DNA of 64,000 bases. It comes from Dicyema japonicum. Lineage: Eukaryota > Animalia > Dicyemida. The notes below the pieces were generated by a model. The model made no database searches. It was not told the DNA's origin and saw only the letters and a list, made by a program, of their open reading frames with translations. Below are positions 12,284 to 24,220 of the stretch, in pieces (the stretch's first letter is position 1; the number at the start of each line of letters is the position of its first letter). The position numbers and the translations under genes are program-made. Location: NCBI GenBank assembly GCA_011109175.1, contig RDEW01000027.1:606792-670791 (forward strand). Reading direction: 5' to 3'.

Positions 12284-14052
12284 CAGGGGTTCTCAACCTT
12301 TTTTTGCTCGTCGACCCCTTGACTTTTTTTTGACCTCCCTATTATTTAATCGACCCCTTAAAACTTTTTTATTTAGAACAGACAATTCTAAGTAAAATTA
12401 GTTAACTATCTAAAATGAATTCATTGTTAATAATCAAATAAAACAAAAAAAGTATATATTCAATGTTAAGTTGGTATCTTAGCATAAATCTATAATAAAA
12501 AAATTAAATACCAATGGGATCCCTGTGACTGATGTTTTTTGACCAAAGATTCGATATCTGGCTCTATTTGTGTTATTTTTAAACGAAGATCTCCTCTAAT
12601 GGACACTTTCAATCTTTTTCGTTCTTTATTTACAATTCGATGTAGAATGCTAAATCCGCATTCAACACAGTATGATGTCAGAAGATAGAGTAGCAATTGT
12701 GCTATTTTTGTCCACAATTTTGAATAACTCTCTTTCATATTTTGCCAAAAAATAACAGGTGATTGTAAATCATTATAATATATTTTTGAATTCTTCTTGA
12801 ATATTTTTTTTGTTCTTCTGGCTTTGACAAAAACGGATTATCATCCAAGATGGAACTTGTAATTCAAGAATATCTTGGAATCGAACAATCAAATCTTTTT
12901 CTATACTTAATAAATGTTGCAAAAAGTTGTTAATATCTTCATCATCAAATGTTTGACCAATTGAGTAGAATTCGGGAATGTTATAATAATTTCTTTTTTA
13001 AGTTATATTTATATAACTTAATTTTTTCAATAAATATTTGAATAATTCTTTTACAATCTATTACGTCACATACTTTCCCTGAAGTTCTAATAAAACTTCA
13101 TTAAATTTTCCAAAAATCCAAGTCAAATAAACAATTTCTTACTTTTTCGATACAATTAAATCTGCTAAATTTTTGTCACCCTCAGAAGTAAGAAAATTTA
13201 CGATTGTGTCAAACAATATTGAAAATCGTTCTAATGCGTTCTAATGCATTTCGTACCTGTAAAATAAAATTGGAAACTATAACCTCAGTGTGAAGCACAA
13301 GACGGACATATGTTTCTTTAGCCACAGCAAAATTCACATAAAATATGTTCAACATTATCTGACATTTCGTCAATCCTCGGCGAATTGAATCATTGCTAAT
13401 TGTCACGGATGTTAAAATTTCGTAGGGATTTAAACCCATCAGATCTGATAGAATCACTGATATAGATGGTTTGATGAGATTTTCACCATAAACATGGGAA
13501 CTCTCATTGTTAACAATAATCATTGCAATTTTATAGGATGCAATTAGTCGTCCTAAATATAATTTAAAATAACAACTATTGTTTCTTTCACTACTATTTG
13601 TAAAAACTGTCAATCGTTTTTGTTTACGAAAAGAATCCTTTAATTCTTCAAAATATTCTAATGGTTTATCTTTTTTATCCGAATGTTTACTCCTAAATGA
13701 TCCAACAATTTGGACGATTTCATTGCATCATTTGATAACTTGTTACAGAGTAAGCAATATGGTCTATTTAAAAAAAATTTTATAAATCCAAATGCCAAAT
13801 ATTCATTTTTATATTGACGAATTTTTAATGTAGAAGGACTACACAAACAAAAACAAGCATGGTAATTTTAAAAATTTTAAAGAACAAAGGTTTACCACTT
13901 TAAAAATAAACTAACTTAATTTAAATTGAAAAAGATTAAATATATTAAATTTATTTTCGACCCCAAATATTTCATTTTCGACCCCCTTACGATCGATATG
14001 GATTGATTTTAGACCCCTGGGGGTCAAATCGACCCCAGGTTGAGAACCCCTG
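12284..14052 (-). mobile_element. hAT (Charlie/Buster-type) DNA transposon, internally deleted
   Basis: TIR CAGGGGTTCTCAACCT / AGGTTGAGAACCCCTG. Perfect 8-bp TSD gtttaaat at 12276-12283 and 14053-14060. BED-finger remnant (RQYKNEYLAFGF..PYCLLC), IASYKIA..GENLIKP..SNDSIRR, and the C-terminal dimerisation domain (TSYCVECGFS..GDLRL..IEPDI..HQSQGSH). Confidence 0.95.
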
Positions 14053-14194
14053 GTTTAAATTATGATATTATATTTATTCAGTATTTAAGCAAAACATGTT
14101 TAATTTAATAAAATTAAATTTAAAAATTATATTTTTTTATTACTAACGATCTGAAAATTGATAAAATGACCAATTAAAAAAATATTTGAATAAA

Positions 14195-15450
14195 CTAGAT
14201 TAATGTGCAATGTGATGTTTTCTTATTTGTAGAAATTTGCTTTCTTGAAACAGATTTTCTTTGGAAATGCTCAGTTTTGGGTTCATTTTCTTCAGTCAAA
14301 TCCAATGTATTTTTTCTCTGTTCTTTGTTCATGAAATGCATTAAAATTCGATAAGTCCCGCATACAGATCCCCGTGTATTCATTCTATTCTCGTCGATGA
14401 CTTGATTATCAATCCCCAAGTTTTCCAGAATTGACTTTGCTTCCAATTCTACCTTTGTTACCGAAGGTCTGTCGAACACAGGGAAAAGGATCTTCTTCTG
14501 ATCCCGTTCTTCCGTATATTCCCACTCAAGCCATTCGAAATCACAGAGTTCGTCGACTGTAGGTCTTTTTTGGGGGTCGCCATCAAGCAGGGATTCAATG
14601 AGACACTTGCATGAATCGCTTATTGACAGAGGAATGTCAATCTTTCTAAAGCGAACTTCGAGGACCGCAGAGGCAATGTCCCTTTTATTTCCATCAAAAA
14701 GAAGGTCCCCACTGATAATATAGTATAGAAGTACTCCCATGGCCCACATGTCCACTTTGAATCCACTATACAGCTGTTTCGCTATTATTTCGGGAGCACT
14801 GTGTGAGGGGGTTCCGCAGAATGTCTGGGAGTTTCTCCGGTCGTCGCATCTCGTTGAAAACCCAAAATCGGCTAGTTTAACTACGTTGCCCTTGGAAACA
14901 AGGATGTTGTCGGATTTGATGTCCCTGTGGACGTAATTGTTCGAATGCTACGTTTATGTCCCCCGAAACCATATATTTCAGCGCAGACACAATTTGCTTG
15001 AAATAGAACCGACCCATGTTCTCCCCAAGAGGTCCACCATTTTTTATTTTGCCTGTTAGGTCCCCATTCTCTGCATATTCCATGATCAGGTGGAGTTTCT
15101 CGTCGCTTTCTATCACCTAACTTATAAGCGTGGGGGAACCTCGAATAACCGCAAAATGTTCTTGTGACTCAACTCTTCTAAAATTTGGATTTCCCGGCGG
15201 ATAAATTGCAAGTCTCTAGCATTTAGTCTCCTTTTGAAAATTATCTTCACAGCTACCATTTCTGGGGGTTACAAAACACTCAACTATTCGTCAGCATGTG
15301 CTCTGCCTGCTTCACCTTTGAGAAGTTCCCCTCTCCTATGTTCCTCACAAATCTATAAAGCCCAATGCGCTTCCCTAGGACGAACTCCCTCTTGATCTTT
15401 TCATTCCACAATTCCTTGACTTTTAGACTTTTGTAATTATTTTCATTCAT
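14195..15450 (-). CDS. NIM1K: NIM1-like Ser/Thr kinase (CAMK/AMPK-related); start may extend to 15534
   Basis: LGKRIGLYRFVRNIGEGNFSKVK, VAVK, HRDIKSDN, DFG, TFCGTPSHSAPE, RGSVCGTYRILMH and a C-terminal CaaX (CTLI*), as remembered for NIM1K; short introns. Confidence 0.85.
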
Positions 15451-17412
15451 TTGGAGTCGGTCATTAGCCACAATATATATTTTAATCGATTTTAGCCACG
15501 ACAATCGCTTATTACGACAGTAATCAACAACCACCTCTTTTCTCGGTCAGTCTTCGATTTCAGTGTGACGCTTGATGTGCATTAAGTATCTCTAGGACTG
15601 TCAGTTTTTGGTAGTTTCTTCCTGTTGCAAACGATTTCTGTCACTCGAAGGGAGTGGGGGTAAATAAATAATGTGCAATCGAGAAGCTGATTAGATTTCC
15701 AGTCTAGATATAACTCTATTATAGGCCTATGTCAGGATAACTGGTCCACGGTTTATCTTACAGAGGTATTTAACATTGGAATGTAATGTGATGGAAGATC
15801 CAATACCCTCAAACAAAACTTTTACTGTTCACTTATGCATGGGAATATCAGATTCTTTCAAAAAAGACTTATCCTTTCAATGTTTTTGATTGAACGTGGA
15901 TCACAGTAGGTAAAATGATATCCTGAGAGAGAATAACCACGCAGTCCGTTAATTATTTAAATGAACGTAATGTGATTTCGGTCTCCCTTAGTAACATCAA
16001 TTTTTTGTCCTTTTCTCGATATCCAAAATACCTTTGGTAGGTACGACTGACAAAAGATTTTCCGTTACGGATGAAATGACCCATGGATATTTCGACAATG
16101 ACATCAAAGGGTGTTCCCTTTATCACTACGTCAGTGAATTTTTTGTATTACTTGAGTGGCTTATGAGTGAAAGAAATAAGATCCGTTCTTGCTGTGGGTC
16201 CATAAACTGGCAGTCGTATACAAATACTGAATTACTTGACGAATGCGAGAATGCTTGCACATAAAGTGAAACGATCAAGAAGGACAGTGGAGAAAAGTGC
16301 ACATTTTGCTACAGAATTCAAATGAGGTCTAAGTCGAAAAAGATATACGTCATTCAGATTAAGAGGATAGGTACAAAGAGAAAATATTGACGGGAGCGAA
16401 GTTCGAGTCCACTTGGTGCGCCTGTGGATCTACGTTCGTATCATGGACACTCGTCCTCTACACTCTGCCAATCATGTCTATTTGACGACCAGAATATGGG
16501 CCTCCTCTACTCTTGTGCGAATCCACCTCCAAGTTCCGCACAGAACCAATTACAACCGTCGGATATTTGGAAGAGTCCGCTCTTGGCTGTGACGTTCTTG
16601 TTAGCTACCGACTTCTTTCATTCAAAGGAGCTGGTGGTAAATAAATATTGAGGAATATAACTCTTTTGGATATTTGTTCCTTTTCTAATAACAGAATTAT
16701 CAAATAGGAATTGAAGCAGATAAGCTTTTTGAAGGAACGACTGGAAATTACAGTCAGCCGCTTGTAGGTACCAACCTCAAACTCGTTAGCGAAGCAAGGG
16801 TTACTAATATTGTTAAAAACATTACTTGACAACTAGACAGCTATAATCCCTTTAAAAAAGAAATGGTCAATTTGGATGAAAGGAAATTGATAGAAATTAT
16901 CATGTAATACTCTCCTAATACACAGGCACACTGGAATCACATTAATAGAATATACAGATACGTTAGGAAATGAGCCATAAAGGACTATCACACAAGATAT
17001 TCACTAGACATCAACAAATCACATTTCTAGAGCTTATTGGTGACGAATATTGAGTAACAACGAAATCTTAATTAATCTGCAAAGTCATCTTCTGGCAAGA
17101 AGAGTGGAAAGAGAATCAAGCTTATATGAGTCAATAGAGACATTAAGTGATTCACCATCAGAAGCCACCTCACATTGACTGATATTCTCCCCACGATCCC
17201 ATCCACTCACTATAAGCTCGTGTGTACTGTAAATGCACGTGTGATATGAATTGAAATCCCACTTCTGGATAAAAAATGGTTGGCCCCGGATTCACTTGCC
17301 CTAGACCCCCGTGACCGGCCATTTGAGGGAACATCTACACGTGCAGCTATCCAGTTGCAAATAACAAGCCACTATAATATTAAAGTCACACAAATAATAT
17401 ATAAACAAAAAA

Positions 17413-20400
17413 TCAACATTTTTTGCTTTCAAGCACAAGCAGTTCGGTTCGCACCATTTCAGCAGAACAAACAGGACACACCAGAAAGCCATCCTTTTCA
17501 TTAACCTTCCAGCAACCAAGACACAGAACATGCGAACAGACACCCTTAAAGGGTAAGCAAGACTCTCTCGTCCACAGCAGATACAATCCCACATAAGATC
17601 CCCCTACAAGTGACACACCAGACTACCTCATTCCGCCGAGCACCACCAAAGCAGGAATCTAACTAAATAAAACTCCAAAAACCAAAAATCAAGCGATGTT
17701 CTTTCATCACAAATGATCGTAAACCTTTAAGTAATATTAAATAAACTTAAAATATGGTCTCCTAACACTTCATTGTCCATAAAAGGAAGGATTTTGTCCT
17801 TTAGAGCAATAAAATCATTTGATTTGTAATAATCAGTGATGGCCAATGTGAGAATCTCATAGTCGCCGGGAGACATTACTTTTTTAGCCTCAACATTAAA
17901 GATTAAATATTCACCGACGATAGAAAGGTCTCACTATCATTTTGAGGCTTTATGAAATATTTTGATGTTATGCACGTGGTATCCGTCGATCTTGGTTTGA
18001 CTACGTAGCGAGGCCGTTTTTTATTCGAATCGACATTTTCAAATTTAACCGCGAAATTTTGGAAATTAACAGTTTTGTTGTGGGGAAGTTCTTCGATTGT
18101 TTGTGTTTTCATTGGAGAATCTGATTTTGCTAAAAAACTGAGTACCATTTTGAGAATTTATATCAGATTTATCATCAAATTTCAAATTTATATCGCTCTT
18201 ATATGAGAAAACAATAAAAACCTGAGAAATAGTCTGAGATGACTTCAGAAGGCGGAAAAAAAATCCCAGATGACGAAGAAGTCTCCCAAAATTATCGAAT
18301 TCAGTGATGCCTGGCTTGAGCCACATTGGTAGCTTATCTCTCACCTGGTTATTTGAGTATCTAACCGTCAAAATAACTAACAACCGTTTGTCAAGCAATA
18401 TTATAGAGCCATAATCATGCTTGTGCCTGATAATTCTCCCAATTGACTGATTCACAGCTCTAATGGCTTCTCTGTTGTACCAGACTCGCCCTTTCCCCTT
18501 AGCAACCAGCAAAAAGTCACAATTACTACCTTCTCATCGATAAACGCCATCTTTACTTCAACCCTGGCATCCTTGAAGGAGGCATAGGGCAGTCCAATGA
18601 GGATCACAGCCCGCCCATAGTCGTCAATAAAGTCCAATCCTTCGCTTGCCTGACAGTAAACATAGATAAAACCTTCCCACGACAAACGGCCATAAAAATG
18701 GCGCCTTTTGTTTGATTAGAAATAGATTCATAATAATTATTCATAACCTAAACAAATAATATATATTTAATAATCTATCATTTACTGGCAAACCTCTGAT
18801 AATTTGCTCTTTTCTCGCTTTTCTCCAAAGTTGTCCTTCCACGAACGATCCCTTGGCTCAGTGAAAACAGTTTTGGCGTTATTTAGCAGTTTGTAGACAC
18901 TTGTCTTCTATTTACCACTATAAATAACACCCAACCTGCCACTGGGCTAGACAGTAGTCCATGTTAGTGTAGGAAGGGAAGAACACGAGGACTCCCCCTG
19001 GAATGACCTTAATGAGATTGACTAGCATAAATATCATGGATACCAATAGTTTTCCCCAGAGACTGAATGTAGGCCTCATTTTCTCGATTTCCATAAGTAG
19101 AGGTCAATTCGACTCCATCACATCCCTTCCCCATGATGGAGACGCTAAAGTTTTCCTGTGAGACCACGTGACCACACTGAATTTGTACTTTAAATTTCCT
19201 CAAATGGTTAGATAGTAAGTACTCCATTATGGACTTGTTGAACAGGTCGTTAGGGTCGAGTGTCCCGCTTGTGAGAATAACTGAGCGTACTTTCTGACTG
19301 AACAGCTCTTTCAGACTACAGTCGGCAGTGAAGCACCAATAAGACAAGGTTTTGCCTGTTGAACTGCAATAAGCCAGTCAGAAGACTTTGTGTGGTCTGC
19401 AAAGTCTCTATCATGGTGAATGAGCACTCGATAAGACTGATTGGCTGAGAGATCAGCTAAATCATTAAAGACGATCTGCAAAATAAGCAAATTGAAACTT
19501 TGAGGGCGTCAGAAATATGTGAGAGGGCGAATCCCTTGCTTTTCACGTTCATTGATGCTATGGAATGAGAGATATAGTAAACATGTTGAGGACATTGGAT
19601 TTACCAGCTTTTCGTCAATTAAGGCTATTATAGCATGAGCACTTGACCTCGTGAACTGAGCCCTAGCAAAGATGTCCATTACATAGCTTATATGAGTAAA
19701 GCGTACAACCTGCCTTGTCGAACCAATCGGGGTTTCTCCTTGGTCAGTTCATGAGACTGAATGACTTGTTCGAGTTTTAGCAATTTCACTAAAAGTCACT
19801 CAGATCAAATAAAGTACGAGTCATAATTGAATAACGCAGTAAATGATAAGCAATTATTTTCAATCAATTTAATTGCATTTCATGAATAATGCAATATTTT
19901 GCAATCAAATATAATACTAGTAAAATATTACTTTTTAGCTGCATCACTTCATTGGCAGTAATGGCTAAGAATTAATATATCCCATACCCAATTTGTTATC
20001 AACAGACTCCTCAGAGGTTGCATTCTCTATGTGTATTCGCTCTAGCCATTCCATAAACGTAGTCAACTCAATAATAGCCCCAGCAAGAATTGAAGAAGGA
20101 AGGTCGAACGACAGGCTTTCCTCACAAACACTTTCCTTTAATAAAACAACCAAATCAACCAAATTATGAGCTTCGTCAAAAATTAGGACATTTCCTTTGA
20201 TTTCAACGCCATGCTTCGCTCTCAACTAGACATTAGTAGGTCATATAACACGTGGGTCGATTAGGTAGTTATAAGGCATGAATATTATGTCGGCACTTTC
20301 CTTCATTTCCTTAGCTAAGTAATATGGACAACATCTGCGGATAACTAAATTTAAATACGTCAGTTCAGTTCCCTTCTGTATGAGATCCTCAATGTCCATG

Positions 20401-21037
20401 CAGCCAGATCCTCGTATTTGACTTTTGCAAACTAAGTAAATATTGAAAAAATAATTAAAAATCATCTCAAAAATAATAAAATTAATTGAAATTTAAAAAA
20501 ATAAATAAAATATTTTACCTTCAACTCTATTGTAGTACGTGCACGTGCGGGACCGCACTTTGAGTCGGCACATGTTGACCTTGGCGTTGTTGGTACTTTC
20601 CTTCTTGACGACTGGATGGATGCACATTTGGTCTCTCGAGGCAATGACGCAAGTCTTCATTCTACCATATTCCCATCAAATATACAAGTCAGCAAATATA
20701 GTCCTCTTGAATTCACCGACGACGTGACTAAGCTGAGAATGTGTACGAGAGGAGTATATTATTTTTGGAAAATTATCGTCGTCCGGGGTACCAAGTAATC
20801 TGGTGGTATTTTTAACGTGGTAGAGCCACGATAGTGTGGCGCAAAGAAGCGATAGAGTTTTTCCGGTTCCTGTCGGGCTTTCTAAAAGTCCGTTTGTACT
20901 CTGCCGTAAGAAATAAGACATACATTTTTCAGGCACTCAATAACAGATGACATGTATGTTATCTGTGGGGGATATGGAGTGTAAGGGAAGTGCACTTCAA
21001 TCTCATTAATCGTTGTTATATTCTGTTTTAATTCCAT
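17413..21037 (-). CDS. RTEL1: Regulator of telomere elongation helicase 1 (XPD-family Fe-S helicase), many short introns
   Basis: [34 protein letters not shown], Fe-S cysteines ([18 protein letters not shown]), [56 protein letters not shown] harmonin-like domain ([15 protein letters not shown]) and a C-terminal RING-like [14 protein letters not shown] favour RTEL1 over FANCJ/DDX11. Confidence 0.92.
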
Positions 21038-21214
21038 CTACGATTCAAAATAAGTGCCCACATCAATTCAAAAATTTGCTTGTTAACTTTAAAAAAATAT
21101 TATTTAATCTTTAATTTAGAATATTTATTTTAGTTTTTTAATTTCTATATTTATTTTTCTTTAATTTAAAATATTTATTTTAGTTTTTTAATTTCTATAT
21201 TTTAGTTTTTTAAT

Positions 21215-22660
21215 GACCAAGTGATAAGGCCGCGTGGAGCCATGTGGTGCTGCGTGGTCAATTAGTTTAAATTTTCTGTTTGCTTGTCTGTTCCTCCTCT
21301 CTTCCTAATAGAGTGACGTCATGTGATCCATCTGTCTAGGTGACGCCCAGTGCCAGGCCGGCATGAAAAAGGATCATTTGCTCTTCCCCACTCCACTGGA
21401 GGGGTTTCCACAACTGCATGTAATGGACGTCTTACCTTTTATGCTGATTCCGGATGGACTTTGTAGAAGTGGAAACTGGATACACTTAATTAGTTGTTTA
21501 CTTTAACTTCTTTCTCGGTGTATCCGGGGTTAATAAATAAATAATTTCTATAAAAATGTACACCAAAGAGGATCATTTGCTTTTTCTACTTAACTGGATC
21601 ATTTTTGGGGAGTTTGCATAACTGTAATTCTAGATGGACTTGTGGTTGAAGGTCTTTTCGCAAGTACGACCATGGGAACATGATAGACTTAATTATTTAT
21701 TTAGTAGACGTTGACTAAATTATATGAATTTATTCTGTTTTATTCATTTTCCTATATTTTGGTTCTTAAACTGTTATTACCAGACATTAACTGGCAGATC
21801 TGTTCTTCATGGGATATTTGTCTAGACACCTGGATTGATTTCCCTGTCACATTAGAATTTGTTGAAATGATCGGGCATCTTTACTTATTAGCGACACATA
21901 ACTCAGGGATAACTCTCCCATGCTCAGCGCCTGTAAGGTATATTTATTTTACAGCTCACTGAATTGGAGAAAAGATAAAAGTGATCTCGGTCCATCAAAG
22001 AGAAACATGAATCAGACGGGAATGGGAATCTTGTACTACCCTTTTTATTGGACTTGGCACCTCCACATTTTTTAAGTAGGTTTCAAAATATTTAAGCAGG
22101 ATTTTGTTTAAGAGACTCCGTGGTATGGTGGCCAACTTTAATAAGTTCCGCTGTTGTTCAACAAAAAGTGAACTCAAACCCTCCAACGCTTTTTTTGCCA
22201 GCTATTAACGTCTGACAGTTTGTGTAGGGAGATAGCCAGGACAAACTCTCAAGGGTTCTCTTGAGCACAGTTACTTCTGTGAATTCGTGTATATTTCTAT
22301 CATCTTCCAACCGTCACAACTACTGGAATTTAGAAGATACAATCCAATGTCATATAAGGAATAACATGCACTTGTGGGGATGCAGTTGACCTTTAATATA
22401 TTCCATTACCACGAAGCGTTTATGGAGACGAGAGCGTTATATTGTGGAGAAATATTCACCATTACACCCGTTCACTGTTGGGATAATTTATACAAAGTTA
22501 TCTTCTTCATAGTAGCTGTATCCCAGTTATCCACGTGTAGAGAAGGACAGTTTTTGGTCGAACGTGACTCAGAGTATTTTCGATGTGGTGATGACTGGAT
22601 AGTCACATTTTTAGGAGAAGGTTTGGCTCGATGCAAGATTGTTTCATACACGATGTAAAA
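21215..22660 (-). mobile_element. Decayed Jockey/I-like LINE (RT C-terminus plus 3' end and A-rich tail)
   Basis: YPVITTSKIL*VTFDQKLSFST at ~22560-22620. The 3' part is homologous to 8600-8890; A-rich tail near 21215. Confidence 0.5.
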
Positions 22661-23229
22661 TAATCGTAATGGATTTTGTGAGAGATTTAAAAAATAAAAT
22701 ATTCTGGTTTCTTTATTTTTTGTGTAAATTCTAATATTATAATTTATTTTTTTCTATCACTTTTTTGAAATTTTATTGTTAATTTTATTTGAATTTAAAC
22801 GCCGTGAATACCTTCAACGTGGTTCGTCTTATTTAAACTTAGATCTGTTAAATCTATTTAATAAATAATTAAATCTATTTATATCACAGGTGACATTTCC
22901 CCATCCAGCAAAGATTTGAAAGTGCCATAAATATCACTAAATTTGATCTCACCAGAGATTTTGACACTATGTCTTTATAAAACTACAGAAACACAGAGAA
23001 TGACGGTATTAGTAATCGAACTAATTATGTGATCTCGGTTCACCATATCACTCAACCCATTTTCACTCTGCGCTCATCGAGGTCCCCCACAGCTTACCGG
23101 AACTGTTTACGTTTGTGCTACACAGAAAATCGATGGGGAACGGATGGTTGGTAAATAATATTTTTTGTTAAATCATTCAAAAGTTAGAGATTTTTGTAAA
23201 TAATTTATTCTCAAAAAGCGAAATTAGAC

Positions 23230-23560
23230 GAAATTCAGTGGAAATCCTCCTAGCCGCCAAATTTACCAGGTTTTTTAACCGCCAACTTAAAAAAAAGTTA
23301 ATTAATATTTATTTAAAAAATAATTTACACAAATGTAACCGATTGATTGCAGCCGACCAAGGTACAATTAAATTGCTTGAACCACAGTTTAAAATGGATG
23401 ATTTAACTGAACAAATTGAATCAGCGAACCCACATTTGAAGCATACAAAAATCTGACCATTAAAGACGCCATGATATATTTGTCCTTTGTTAGGAAAGAA
23501 ATCTGCCCAAGCACTATTACGTTAAATCGTTCAATAAAGAAATGGAGCCACTTATAACGA
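23230..23560 (+). mobile_element. Tigger/pogo transposase remnant
   Basis: ADQGTIK and YKNLTIKDAMIY..EICPSTI resemble the DDE_1 C-terminal motifs of the 30430-30840 ORF. Confidence 0.4.
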
Positions 23561-24220
23561 ACAAAATGAGAATTATAATGATTTTGTTTTAAAGACAAAT
23601 TATTAGATTCTATGGTTCTACAGGATTTTTTGAATATCGAAATGGGAAGATATTCTTAAAAATTGAAATAGAAACGCTGAATTGAAAAAAGCAATGAATT
23701 TAATATGTGCCTTTAAATACTTGATAATTCTTATAGGCGAGGTTGAAGAGACAGACGGTGTTAATGTGGTAACTAAGAAAGAATGTTATTCGGCTCCTCA
23801 CGTATTGAAAAAAATATTTAAACAGCCTGAATTGTTTGATTTAAATGGAAAGGAGGGGTTAAATCAAATTTCAAAAACATTGGAGAAAGGAAATGGGGTT
23901 AACAACACAATTGGTTTATCAAAAAATAAATTTCTCTTTATTACTCCTTTTAACGCCATTTTTTTCGAATTTCCAAAATTGGCAGTTAGGAGGAGTCTTA
24001 CTGTAGTTCAGCAAAAATCCCAATTGGTGGATTCGAGAGGATTTACTATAATTAGGTCTTCCTTAACTATACTTGTTTTTTAAGATTTTTACGACCCAAG
24101 GATATCTTAGACACGCTTTGATCCTGCATGATTTCTGACAAAGACCTGACCTAGCACTTCCCATCAATCACAATTTCCTAGATATCACCAAAATCTGGGT
24201 TAATAAAGAAAACCAGAATT

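Noticed and set aside
16000-16830. Tetraspanin-like CCG motif (plus) or APE-like NIYLPP (minus)
   Set aside because: Single short motifs with no four-TM pattern and no other APE motifs; left unassigned.
21115-21215. Short AT-rich tandem duplication upstream of RTEL1
   Set aside because: Low-complexity slippage, probably the LINE's A-rich tail.
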